Below are positions 1-12,818 of a stretch of DNA of 64,000 nucleotides, piece by piece. This DNA comes from Eledone cirrhosa. Taxonomy: Eukaryota. The stretch's first letter is position 1. The number at the start of each line of letters is the position of its first letter. The stretch is taken from contig OZ024741.1 in the NCBI GenBank assembly GCA_964016885.1, positions 383,842,001 through 383,906,000 of the forward strand. Direction: 5' to 3'. A model generated the notes under the pieces. The model saw only the letters and a list, made by a program, of their open reading frames with translations. It was not told the DNA's origin and made no database searches. Both the position numbers and the translations under genes were made by a program.

Positions 1-2222
1 AAGAAAAGGGTTTGGGGATGTGCTGAACAACTCCTAATCAACAAAACTGCGATGTCGGAGGTGCGACAACTTAGGAGGAATATGACTACAGTCTGGCTGG
101 ACTACAAGAAAGCTTTCGATTCTGTTCCCCACTCTTGGATGATAAAGGCCCTCCAACTTGCTAAAGTCCCAGACATTATTGTCAGAGCCATAGAGAGGCT
201 GTCTTCTTCTTGGGCTACTATCCTAAGGTTAAAGACAGAGAGGGAGGACTCTATTTTCACTGATAAAATAAAATACTGCAGGGGTATATTTCAGGGGGTC
301 AGTCTCTCTGTAATATTGTTCATCTTGTCATTAAACCCCTTGTCCTTTCTGCTCAAGAAATGTGAGGGATACATCATTGGCTCACAGGAGGACAGAAATA
401 CGAACCTAACCTATAACTTCTTTGTGGACGATCTGAAACTCTATGCCAAGAACATGGATGGGATGAAGAAAAATCTTGACCTGGTTACAATGTTCTCAAA
501 GGATATAGGAATGGAGTTTCGCCAAGATAAATGCTCATACATGACTATAAAGCGGGGAAAAACAACGACCCAATCTAGCAACATTGTCATCAATGGTCTA
601 ACTGTTTCACCGATATCTGATGAGGACTGCTACAGATACCTGGGGATAGATGAGAACATATCCTATAATGGTATCTGTAATAAAGAACGCGTAACCAGGG
701 AATACTACACCCGATTAAGAAAAATCTGGTCATCGGAACTCTCTGCGCAAAACAAACAGTGGCTCACAATGTGTTTGCTGTGCCTGTCCTAACACCAACG
801 TTTGGAATACTCAATTGGACGATAGACGAAATCCGAGCAGTTGATGTTGGAACTCGAAAAATACTGAACAACACCGGAAACTTCCACATCAACAGTGACA
901 TAGACCGCCTTTACTTGAAACGTAAGCAGGGAGGCAGAGGCCTAACATCAGTCCAGACAACATTTGAATGTCGCATCATATCTCTCCGACAACATCTACG
1001 AACCTCGAAGCGTAGGAGCCCGCTTCTCGAGCAAGTCTATCTGCATGAAACAGATAAGATCATGAGAGTTGGGAAGGAACTCCTTGAGAGATATTCCCTG
1101 TGTGATAATCAAAAACTCACACCCAGGGATGTCGCTCAGCAGTATCGCAGTGAATCCATGGATGAAAAACAGCATGCCTATCAGCAAAAAATCATGCATG
1201 GATATGTTGCCAGGAAGCTCCAAAGTGAGAGTAATATAGATAAGGAAAGTAGTCTATCTTGGACCAACAACCGCTATATTGGCTGCCACTTTGAAGGATA
1301 CGCTTTTACAATCCAAGAACAGGAAATTAACACGAAATACCTGATTCACAAAAGAGATAGTGATACAGGCAAAACACCTAGATGTGATAACAAGTGCAGA
1401 CTCTGCAGAACTAACATCGAGGATATCACCCATGTCATCAGCAGCTGCCCAAAGATGTCATCGCGGTACTATCTACCTATGAGGCATGATGTAGTGGCCA
1501 AAACACTGTACAATGCAGTTCGTAAAAAAGATAGCCCCGATAATACACACATTAAAAGCTATAACAATGTGGAAGACATCCATGTACATAATATGAAAGA
1601 GTACTGGTGGAATGTTCCTGTAAAACCCCAATAAAATGCAGGCATAACAGACCAGATATTATGATATGGGACAGGGAGAAGAAAACATGCACAGTAGTGG
1701 AAATTTGCTTCCCAGCAGATGCCAATATAATATCAAAGTTAGTGAAAAGGAGAATATTTATGCTGAACTGATGAGAAATCTGCAGATACTCCACCCTGAT
1801 TACACCTTCAGATTTATGCCTGTTATTATTGGGGCACTGGGATATGTTAGTAACTGCCTCAATACATATCTCGAGAAGCTGGGCTTCACAGGAACAGAAA
1901 GAACACAACTAGTTAGGAAATTACAAGTACAATCCATTAATGGAACAGTAAAAATATGTAAAACATTCCAAAAATTTTGCATCTACTAACTGCATATACA
2001 CATGTACAGATACAAAGCATATACACATGCACACATACAACTCAAAACATACACATCCACACATACGATAACATCCATATCTACACATGCATGCATGCAG
2101 ACATACATACATATCTACCTAGTTGATGTTGTGTAAATTCCAATGAGAGAGTCTTGTGTCTATGTTAGAAACCGACTCTCTCTCTATTGGTAAAACTTTG
2201 TGAAATTATAAAACCAGAAGAA
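1..2222 (+). mobile_element. R4/Dong-like non-LTR retrotransposon (RT + CCHC + RLE), frameshifted, 5' part outside the window
   Basis: ORFs 52-792, 759-1634 and 1666-1989 carry WLDYKKAFDSVPH, RGIFQG, FVDDLKLY, YRYLG, GGRGL, CRLC-x7-H-x4-C and RHD. HNRPDI lies in a shifted frame at about 1643. The 3' UTR has a stem-loop (about 2139-2190) and ends in (CATA)n. Confidence 0.9.
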
Positions 2223-2302
2223 CATACATACATACATACATACATACATACATACATACATACATACATACATACATACATACATACATGCTTACATACA
2301 TA
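2223..2302. repeat. (CATA)n microsatellite at the 3' end of the R4/Dong element
   Basis: Direct read. Confidence 0.95.
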
Positions 2303-2545
2303 TATGCCTAGATATATTTCAATATGTACAATATATTAATTAAATGTCGATTAATTAAATGTCCAGCGGTAGTTATTTACAATTTCGAACCAGACCTACG
2401 CCATGTCGATAAAGTAAATACCAGTGAGAAACTAGGGTTAACTTAAATTAATAGTTGCCTCTGACCCCTAAATGTAGAGCCTTTCTAATTCTTTTAGGAA
2501 TTAATATTTAATACATGAATGTGTTTTATGATTTCGTTATTATTT

Positions 2546-2546
<1 letters not shown>

Positions 2547-2608
<62 letters not shown>

Positions 2609-2642
2609 CAGCAGCAGCAGTATTAGTAGTAGCTGCAGCAGC

Positions 2643-2695
<53 letters not shown>

Positions 2696-3298
2696 CAACA
2701 GCAGCAGTAGTAGTAACAACAACAACAACAACATCAACAACAGTAAGTTGACCAGTAATAACTGGAGCAATATCAGGAGTAGCAACAACGGCACCAGTAG
2801 TAGCAGCCACAGCAGTAGCATTAGTAGCAGCAGTAGTGGGAGTGGAAGTAGTAACAACGACTACAACAGCATCAATAGTCATATCATCAGTATCCACCAC
2901 AGCAGCAATACAAACAGCAATGGCAATAGCAACAGCAGCAGTAACTACGACTGCAACAGCAATACCAACAGTAATAACAACAGCAGCAGTAACTACGACT
3001 GCAGCAGCAATACCAACAGTAACAACAACAACAGTAATGACCATAGCAACAGCAGCAATACCAACAGTAACAACAGCAGCAGTAAGGATAAAAGCAACAA
3101 CAGCAGTAACTACGACTGCAGTAGCAAACCAACAGTAACAACTGCATCAACACTATCTACAGCAGCAATATAAGCAGTAATGACAATAGCAACAGCAGCA
3201 ATATCAACAGTAACAACAACAGCAGCAGTAACTACGACTGCAGCAGCAATATCAACAGTAATAACAACAGCAGTAATGACAATAGCAACAGCAGCAGT
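2547..3298. repeat. Compound trinucleotide-derived repeat (TAG/CAG/CAA) with higher-order units; resumes at 4982-5260
   Basis: (TAG)n, then recurring gcagcagtaactacgactgc and gacaatagcaacagcagc units. Confidence 0.9.
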
Positions 3299-4981
3299 GA
3301 AAGAACAAGGAGGAAATAGCGCAACGGTTACAAAAGGAAGTGGATAAAGCGATAACATGGAGTAAAGAAGTTAAACTCCCACTTAACACATCAAAATGCG
3401 AGTCAACCTTCATTGGAATATCCAGTGCAGAAGCGAGGTGGCAACCAAATATTACTATCGACGGGGGTAAGACTATCCTTTAACCCTAATCCTGTCTTTT
3501 GGGGCGTCACATATGATAGGACACTCTCCTTTGGGGAACATCTAAAAAGGATCTGCCAAAAACTTCAACAGCGCGTCAACATCCTGCGCACCCTTGGGGT
3601 ACCTCCTGGGGTACCTCCTGGGGTACCTCCTGGGGCTAGCATACCGCAGATGTTCGTCAAGTATACATCACAGTGCACCGCAGCCTGGCCGAGTACGGCT
3701 CCCCAGGCTGGGCTCCCTGGTTGTCAACCACTAACATCGGCAAGCTTGAAAGATCACAACTAGAAGCAGCTTGAGCGATCACTGGACATGTACGCACAAC
3801 ACTAAATGAGGCTGTCCTAATTGAAGCACACCTTCCACCGTTGGAATGCCGCTTTCATGCTCTCTCCCTCTTGAAAGCGGATGAATGGGCACACCTCCCC
3901 ACCTCCGATCATTAAAACCAATTACTCAATGCTAACGTAAGGCGCCGACTCCGCCGTCTTGATTGGCGATGTAGACAGCTGCCAGCCCTTGATCGTCTTG
4001 GCATACCCTCGACCATAGACACCCAATTACCACATAAGAAGCCGCTGTGGGAATTACCACCACCAATCCCTGCTACCTTTACCCGGTGTGCAAATCTATG
4101 CCACTAGCACTACAACTTAAAGCGGCACTGGATCATCTATCGACATCCCCTCCCCCAGTCGACAATTGCGTGTATACAGATGGATCACCATGCGCCGGTA
4201 CAACCAAATGCGGTGCCGGTCTCGTAATCATCCAAAATGAAGAGGTAGTCTCACGAGTGGCACGCGCTGACGGGCGCTCGTAGCAGTTCCTTTCATTCCG
4301 AAAGAATTACATTCAAACAAGCCCTCCTATGGTTACAGGCAGACACCAGCTGGGAGTCCTCCAATGTCATCTTTGACTGCAAGACGCTGGTTCAAGCAGT
4401 CAACAACCCCTTCCTCCATGACCCTTTCATTACCGAGCTGCAAGGGATCGCTAACAAAATCACAAATGGGAGAACCGTAGCAGCTGTCTGGGTCCCTGGA
4501 CACTGCAACATCAAAGGGAATGAACTGGGGGACGCCCAGGCGAAACAAGGCTCAGCATCTACTCAACTGGAAAGTTCAATCGGTGCCGCCACCCGACGCG
4601 CCGTCATTCGCCGGAAATTTCGCCCACCACCGATTCAGCATCAACGCCTACAATCAGTCTTTAGCCCCCACCCAAATGAAGAGAGTGAGAAAACTCTCTC
4701 CAAAGCAGATAGGAACCATCTCGTCCGCTTCCGCAGTGGACATCACACGTCATTAAGGAGATGGCTCCATATGATCGGCCAAGCGGAAATCAACACATGC
4801 CGTCTGTACGGAGAGGAAGAAGAATCCTCCGAACATCTTTGGATGAGATGTCCGGCCTTGATGGTGGATTGTTATCACCACCAACTCGGCCCCAGCATGG
4901 CTGAACTCGTGCGTCTCTAACACGCCAGTCTAGCGCTACTGAGGGTAAGCCTCAGGCGCCTGCGGTAAGAAAGAAAAAAAA
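3299..4981 (+). mobile_element. 5'-truncated, decayed Ingi/I-group LINE (end of RT, RNase H, C-terminal zinc knuckle)
   Basis: Motifs GVTYDRTLSFGEH, YTDGS..GAG, WVPGHCNIKGNE, RFRSGHH and CRLYGEEEESSEHLWMRC appear across frames. A-rich tail at 4967-4983. Putative TSD aacagcagcagt (3287-3298) / aacaccagcagt (4982-4993). Confidence 0.8.
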
Positions 4982-5994
4982 AACACCAGCAGTAACTACG
5001 ACTGCAGCAGCAATATCAATAGTAACAACAGCAGCAGTAATGACAATAGCAACAGCAGCGATATCAACAGTAACAACAACAGCAGTAATGACAATAGCAA
5101 CAGCAGCGATATCAACAGTAACAACAACAGCAGTAATGACAATAGCAACAGCAGCAGTAACTACGACTGCAGCAGCAATACCAACAGTAACAACAACAAC
5201 AGTAACAACAACAGTGGTAGCAGTATCAAAACTAAATTCATAACAACAACAATAAGAACAGAAACAACACCAAACTACGGTACTAGCAACAGTATCAGCT
5301 GTATATATAATAGCAACAATAACATATTATAAGACATCCTCATGAACATCATCCGGAACAAAAATATAAATAAATAACAACCAGGTACATAAAAATAGTA
5401 GTAATGTCGGCTGTAGTCACAATAACAGAAGCAGCAACTACAGCAGCAACAGTGACTGAAGCAGCAGCTGCAGCAGTAACTGCAACATTATTTTTACACA
5501 TTGTGCAAAAATCGACAGATGTATTAGCTCTTAACTACAGCAGCAGCAACAGCAACAGCAACACCACAACAAGCACCACCAGCAACAATAATTGCAACAG
5601 ATATAAGCGTTAGAATATCAGTTACAACAACTGCGGCATGTGATACAATAATAATGACAGCAACTGTAACATAACAGCAGTCACAACAGTAACATATGCT
5701 GCAATAGTAGTCACAACAACTGTAACATGCGACATCGGTAACATTGATTAGTATAAATAAATAACAACCAGGTACATAAAAATAGTAGTAATGTCGGTAA
5801 TGTTGTCCTTGCGACAACAACAACAAACAATAATAACGACAGCAACTGTTACAATAACAGCAACGACTGATAGAGCAATAGCAACGTCAGCAACAAGTTA
5901 TACAATAACAATAACTTATACAATGATAACAACATGAGCCACAACTAGTAGAATAGCAGCAGCTGCAATAACTGATATCATAATATCGTTTCCT

Positions 5995-6076
<82 letters not shown>

Positions 6077-6189
6077 GTATCATCGGAAAAAAACCCACGG
6101 AAAACAGACGAACACACAACTGCATCTCTACCTCTCCAGCCACTACTTGGCGTGCAATTTCGTGCATCATGTTAGAATTGTACATTACC

Positions 6190-6340
6190 TCAGTGCATTA
6201 CTAGTGCTTTATTTTATCGACCTCGTAAGGATGAAAGGCAAAAGTTAACCTCGGTGGGATTTGAACTCAGACCGTAAAGGGTCGTAACTCTATGCTGCAA
6301 AGCATGGCGTCAGACCCTCTCCCGATACTGCCAATCCACC
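6190..6340 (-). mobile_element. tRNA-derived SINE family A copy
   Basis: Box A (tggcagtatcgg), box B (gagttcaaatccc) and central gcctttcatccttac...gtcgataaaat domain on the minus strand. Confidence 0.8.
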
Positions 6341-6539
6341 CATTATATCAACAGCACTAAGTTAGACAACAACAACAGACAATAACAAGAATAGGAGAAA
6401 TAGCTTCTCCAGTAACGGAAATGACAGTAAAATAAGTTAGGATATTAACTAGTGTTACAATAATAACATCATTCTCGCTTTTTCCCGTAACTCCTTCCTT
6501 TCTGAGTCGTAGGCCTGCCACATTGACAGGGCACCGATA

Positions 6540-6692
6540 CCATGTTTTGCAGCATAGAGTTATGGCTCTTTACGTTCTGAGTTCAAATCCCGCCGAGGTT
6601 AACTCTGCCTTTCATCGTTATGGGGTCGATAAGATAAAGAACCAGTAATGCACTGGGGTAATTGCTGGCCTTGTGCCAAAAGTAGAAACAAT
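6540..6692 (+). mobile_element. SINE family A copy, 5'-truncated
   Basis: gagttcaaatcccgccgaggtt...ggccttgtgccaaaagtagaaac. Confidence 0.8.
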
Positions 6693-6964
6693 TATTTAAA
6701 CATGCTGGAGCACATTTTCTCTGAAAGATCTGAATACACCAGATTTCTCTCAGAGAAGAATAGAGTGAGTGAGAGATATAGAGGATGAATTGACCCCTTG
6801 TCTGGATGAAAGGCAATGTTGACCTCGGTGGGATTGAACTCAAAGAACAGATAGCCGAAACGAATACCGCAAAGCACTCTATCCGACGTTCTTACGTCAC
6901 TGCTACAAAATTAACAACTAATAAACAGCAACAACAGCAGCAGCAACGAAGACAACAACAACAA

Positions 6965-7006
<42 letters not shown>

Positions 7007-7282
7007 CAACAGTATTAGTTGTTGTGCATACACCTTTCCTAGTTATATTGATTTCTAAAGATATTTCAAGATAAGGAATTTTAACGGGGTGTTATAAACG
7101 ATTATATCGATTCCGATACTTGACTGGTTCTTTATTTTATTGAGGCCGAGTGAATGGAAAGCTGAGTTGATATTCCTGGGATTCGAAACCTAAAGAGCCA
7201 TCTCTAAATATTGGAATTGCCATATTGTTTGGTTTTTCTAAGTATTCAGCCAATCTCTCGACTAACTTTCCTAAATATTGTA

Positions 7283-7439
7283 CAGGGTGGGTCAGAATTC
7301 AGGACTCGCTTGTTAGTTATATTTCTTAACATACTTATTTTATTGTTATTGTATTGTCTTAATTTATTATTTTATTTCTTAATATGCTTAGCAAGTTTTT
7401 TTTATTTATCAAGTGAGACATGAATTCTGGCCCACCCTG
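7283..7439. mobile_element. Tc1/mariner-type MITE
   Basis: TIRs cagggtgggtcagaattca / tgaattctggcccaccctg, flanked by TA on both sides. Confidence 0.8.
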
Positions 7440-7824
7440 TATATTAATTTCTTACATAGATAAACGGCCATAGATATGAGGTAAGCATATAGTCTATTGC
7501 ATCGATATCAGTACTTGACTAGTATTTTTTTTTTTTACTGGCTCCGAAAGAATGAAATGAAAAGTTGACCTTCGTCCGACATTCTGTTTTCTACCATATC
7601 ATCATCCTACTTTCTACAACCGAGAATTGAAAACGGATTGCGGAGTCATCAGGCTGGTAGCTTCTTTCAAACTGACAGTTCTCGTTTAAAGTTGCGGTAT
7701 TAGCAATTCTGTCCGTCTGTCCGTCCGGACTAAAAAGCCACATCCATGATGCTCATACTTAAGTTTCAAGCGATGGTATTACTCGAAATCGAGTTGCAGC
7801 CATCATGTATGTATAGAAATAATC

Positions 7825-8080
7825 GGGCTGGACACCCGATCGCGCGGTTAAACCACTGGGAGTGAAGGACCCCTAGCCTTTGTCAAGGCATTCTTCTAGG
7901 AGAAGGTAACTCAGGAAACTGGGATAACTCCGCCATAAAGCCTGCGGCTCAGTAGTTACCGATGATGTTGATCCTTTCTTCTTTTCGGGTTATAGCTACT
8001 GTCGCTCAGAGAGTGGGATTAACTCAGTGAACAGTATTTCCTCACTTTAAAAAAATCTTCATGCACAGGCATTGCACGAT
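7825..8080 (+). mobile_element. Probable RTE-type LINE 5' region fragment
   Basis: cccctagcctttgtcaaggca..ctaggagaagg, with a related inverted copy at about 43740-43790. The clade call rests on resemblance only. Confidence 0.45.
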
Positions 8081-8800
8081 AGCATTAATTGATAATTATT
8101 AATAATGTTATATCGTTCAATGGCCATACTCGATATCATTTTTGTATGCATGCATGCACGCTCGCACGCACTCACTCGTATCGATTGGTGGAGTCATATG
8201 GGCGCCATAAACCTCGCGAAGTCCATCTCCTCACTAGGTCTGAACACAGTCGATTTCTTTCAGATAGGGAAAGAGAAGTGTGGAAGAGATATAGAAGAAG
8301 AATCCTCCACTCAAGCCAGTACTGGACTGGCACAATTTTTATTGACCACGAAAATATGAAAGGCAAAGTTGACCTCGGTGGAATTTGAAGTCAAAGAGCC
8401 GGAAAGCAAACTATCTGACATTCTAATGACTCCGCCAATTCGCCGTCGTGTAGTAATATAGGACTTTAGCTTCATATGTTCAGTTGCTGTTCTTTATCTA
8501 TAGACTAAATGTTATTGAGAAGAATTATGATCACTAATATTCCAGTTGTAATCATCCCATCCTTTTTCAGACATAATGTATTTGAGTATATATGTTCTAG
8601 TTTTTTTTTTCTTTTTTAAGATGATATGTTAGGATTTGAGGAAGATTCTACTTGTTTCGAGTGGGTTGAGCAACCATGTAGAAATTCGTGTGAGATTAGG
8701 TAACGGTCATACCTTTTTTCAGATGGTGCACTGATGGTGTAAGCTGAATAATTACTGCCGCATCTCATCTGTCACATTATAACATTAATGGATAGCGCGA

Positions 8801-8995
8801 TGGATTGGCACTGTCGGTAGACACCATGCTTAGAGTTACGGTCCTTTACGATCCGAGTTCAAATCCCGCCGCGGTTAACTCTGCCTTTCATCCTTGCAGA
8901 GTCGATAAAATAAAGCCCCAGTAACGTACTGGGGTCGATTTAATCGACTTTCTCCTTCCCCCAAATTACTGGCCTTGTGCCTATACTAAAAATTA
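8801..8995 (+). mobile_element. SINE family A copy
   Basis: Box A, box B and the shared body and tail. Confidence 0.8.
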
Positions 8996-9100
8996 TTATA
9001 ATATCAATGGATCCTCTGCAAGCTTTCTATATGTGCAACAAATAGCAGCTAAATCTTCATCAAATACCACCTCAGCAAAGAAGAAAATAGACATTAAATA

Positions 9101-9285
9101 ATTGTTTCTACTTTAGGCACAAGGCCAGCAATTACCCAGTGCATTACTGGTACTTTATTTTATCGACCCCGTAAGGATGAAAGGCAAAGTCAACCTCGGC
9201 GGGATTTGAACTCAGATCATAAAGGGACATAACTATGCTGGAAAGCATGGCGTCCGACCCTCTACCAATACTGCCAATCCACCAC
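9101..9285 (-). mobile_element. SINE family A full-length copy
   Basis: Near-identical to other copies; inverted relative to 8801-8995. Confidence 0.85.
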
Positions 9286-9664
9286 CTGTAAATAGCCATT
9301 AAATAATGTGGTTCTTATACATTATACGTGAAAAAGAATGGTGGAATGGTTAAGGCTGAAACATCTTTAATCATACGCCTTCTTAAACAAGACTCCTACC
9401 TATCATGTAGAATGCAGCATTTTCTTCTAAAACTATCCTGGAGCTGGTCGAAAAGCTTCAGTTTCGCATACATATGAGACTACGGTGATTAGGTGACAAT
9501 TTCAAACTAGTTTTATGGTATTTATCTACAGCTGTTGTGCCATGGGGCATCCAATAAATTAACCGATATGTCAAGTGTTGGCTTAATCTAATTCATTCCA
9601 CAAGCTCCTCAACAAGATTTCAGAACTGACCGAGAATTGGGACGATGACTTCAAGCAATATATT

Positions 9665-9762
9665 GTGTACGTATGTGTGGGGAAGAGGGAATATATGGTG
9701 GAACAGGTGTACGTATGTGTGGGGAAGAGGGAATATATGGTGGAACAGGTGTGCGTATGTGT
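9665..9762. repeat. 42-bp tandem duplication
   Basis: gtgtacgtatgtgtggggaagagggaatatatggtggaacag, about 2.3 copies. Confidence 0.85.
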
Positions 9763-9887
9763 GATGAGGAGTGGTTAAATGTTGGTGGTACATGTGTGCG
9801 TATGAGCGAGGCGGAGTAGGTATATGTTGGTGTGTGAGTATGTGTGTGTGTGTGAGTGTGTGTATGTGCGTAAGTGTGTGTGTGAGT

Positions 9888-9950
<63 letters not shown>

Positions 9951-10499
9951 TTTGTGTGTGTGTGTAAGTGTGTGTGACTAAGTGTGTGTGACTATGTGTA
10001 TGTGTGTGTGTGTTTTCGGTGAAATTGTAATCAGTTTGAAATGACAATGCTAATGCTCTGAAAATATCGAGAAGAAAATCTCAGCGTATCACGCAGAATG
10101 ATGTCATATGAGATGAATGGATTTTCACAGGACTTCATTTTCTTTCTTTTTTTGTGTTTTCCTTCCTTCTCACAGTTTTCTTCTTCTATGAAGAGAAAGA
10201 AATATTTACTCACTTGTACAAACAGTTGACCAATATTCAAAAACGGTCTACGTTTTATATTAAAAAAAGACATTTTATTACTTTAGTTTGGTTTTTACTT
10301 TTTGTCTTCGTCTCTCCCTTTCATCCTCTCTCTCTCTCTCTCTCTCTCTGGATTTCTCTTTTTCTCTTTCTCTCCTTCTTTCTCTCTCATTCTCTTTCCC
10401 TCACTCTGGCCCTCTCCCTCCCTCGTTCGCTCTCTGTCTCAAATGATATCGAAGACAGATTTAGACAAGAATTATGGAAAAAGAATTAGATTAACACAA

Positions 10500-10599
<100 letters not shown>

Positions 10600-11490
10600 T
10601 CATATTACACAATTCTTGCTTCATTGGTATTTTGAGAGGAACATTTTTGAGATGAAAAACATGCAAACTTCCCACATGATAATTTTCAGATTTTATTGAA
10701 TCATCCATCTTAAATGAATTGATCGATCGATCTCAATAGTTTCCCCAATAAAGCATTTGTTGTAAAGGTAATTACACTATTGCAAGAAGCAAAGTAAAAC
10801 ATTCCTGAAATACATGGACACATTTTTTTTTTTTTTTTTTTTTTAATTCATCGTGATTTCAGTTTGTTGCTTTTTATTGTTGTTACCTTCAGGAAATATT
10901 AATACACATCTGAAATTGTATTGATTCTAACATAGGCCTAGGTTATAAATTAGCAATGAAGGAGTTGCCATGCCATTCCATGAGCCCATATCTCCTTGTG
11001 TAATCGTAGATGCGCCGTAGTGATACCATGTCAAGCGTATTTAAACCTAGTAGAGCTCATTCCTTTCCCAGTCTTAACACAATAGATTTCTTCCAGAGAA
11101 GCTGAGAGAGTGATCAGAAGAAAGATAGGAAGGGTGGGAGGGAGGTGGGAGAAAAATAATGGAAAAAACCACCCCAGCCCTGGACTATTATTACTTTATT
11201 GAACTTGAAATGATAAAAGACAATTTTTTCCTCGACGGAATTTGAACTCAGAGCGCAGATAACCAGGCCGTATACTACAAAGAATTATATCCGAAGGAAA
11301 TGTTAACTCGATATAATCAATTCTAGTAGTTTCATTTATCTTATCTATCCCTGAATCATAAAAGGCAACGGGTTAACCTAGCCGAGATCTCATGTCAGAA
11401 TGGAAAGAATCGGAACAAATGTCGCAAGATTTTAAATCCGGCATTTTAAGGATTTTGCAAATCCGCCGCGCTCACATCTAAAATTATAAT

Positions 11491-11883
11491 TATTTCTACT
11501 TTTGGCACAAGGCCAGCAATTATCCCAGTGGATTACTGGTCCTGTATTTTATTGATCCGGTAAGGATGAAAGGCAAAGTTAACCTCGGCAGCATTTGAAC
11601 TCAGACCATAAAGGGGCGTAACTTTATGCTACAAAGCATGGCGTCCAACCCTCTACAGTTACTGCCAATCCACCAGCCTTACATCTAAATTTATAATTGT
11701 TTCTACTTTTGGCACAAGACCAGCAATTATCCCAGTGTATTACTGGTGGTTTATTTTATCGACCCCGTAAGGATGAAAGGCAAAGTTAACCTCGGCGTAT
11801 TTGAACTCAGACCATAAAGGGCCGTAACTCTTTGCTGCAAAGCATGGCGTCCGACCCTCTACCGATACTGCCAATCCACCGCC
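11491..11883 (-). mobile_element. Two tandem SINE family A copies (11491-11675, 11696-11883)
   Basis: Both are preceded by the same flank acatctaaa.ttataatt. Confidence 0.85.
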
Positions 11884-12401
11884 CTTCTAAAATCTACATA
11901 AATATTATAATAATTGGTAGGAAGAACTCTCCACCTGGTTGCACTATATTCTAGAAACAACAGCCTAATTTCCCATAACTTACACAGTAATGGGAACACC
12001 TGTTACTATGGGTTTCCCCAGTCAAGTATGATTTAGAAAAACAACAATGACAAGTTTATAATTTATCTCGGACTACTACTGACTCTGTCTCTTAGAACTG
12101 CTGATTTTCATGGAATGTATCCAATGTGGGCGGGAGTTTGATCATCGGTGACGATTGAGATGTTGTCGGTAAATTCTAGTTAATAATTAATTGACATACT
12201 TTTAGTATTGTCATGTGACAGTGAATAATCAATTACAATGAGGATTAAACAAAAACCTATATACAATATCAAATTCGATACAATTCTTCTGGCATGATTA
12301 ACTATGCAAACCAGCCCCAATGGTTTGGTCGCAGTATTTAAAGATTATATGTTTGCTTGTTCTGTCAGTTAAGCAGGAGCTAAATAATAACACCTATTCC
12401 A

Positions 12402-12469
<68 letters not shown>

Positions 12470-12604
12470 CTGTGTACGTACGCGCGTATCTGCGTGTATG
12501 TGTGTGTAAACGCGCGCACGTTTGTCTACATAAAGTGGTTGACTTAGGAAACACTGGGATAATTCGAAATCTGAAATGTGTGCGTCCCAATGCAAATGAC
12601 AATA

Positions 12605-12818
12605 TTTGTTTTTACTTTAGACACAAGGACAGCAATTTGAAGGGAATGGGAAAGTCGATTAAATCGACTCCAGTGCATTACTGGTGCTTTATTTATCGAC
12701 CCCGTAAGGATGAAAGGCAAAGCTAACCTTGGCGGAATTTGAACTCAGAACGTAAAATGCCGTAACTCTAATCCGCGAATCATGGTGTCTGACGCTCTAC
12801 TGATACTGCCAATCCACC
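12605..12818 (-). mobile_element. SINE family A copy (diverged)
   Basis: Shared body atcgaccccgtaaggatgaaaggcaaag...gccaatccacc. Confidence 0.75.

Noticed and set aside
2515-3358. Poly-Val/Thr/Ser/Cys ORFs
   Set aside because: Translations of trinucleotide repeats.
8801-8880. tRNA gene (box A/box B)
   Set aside because: It is a SINE head that continues into the multi-copy SINE body, with no cloverleaf.
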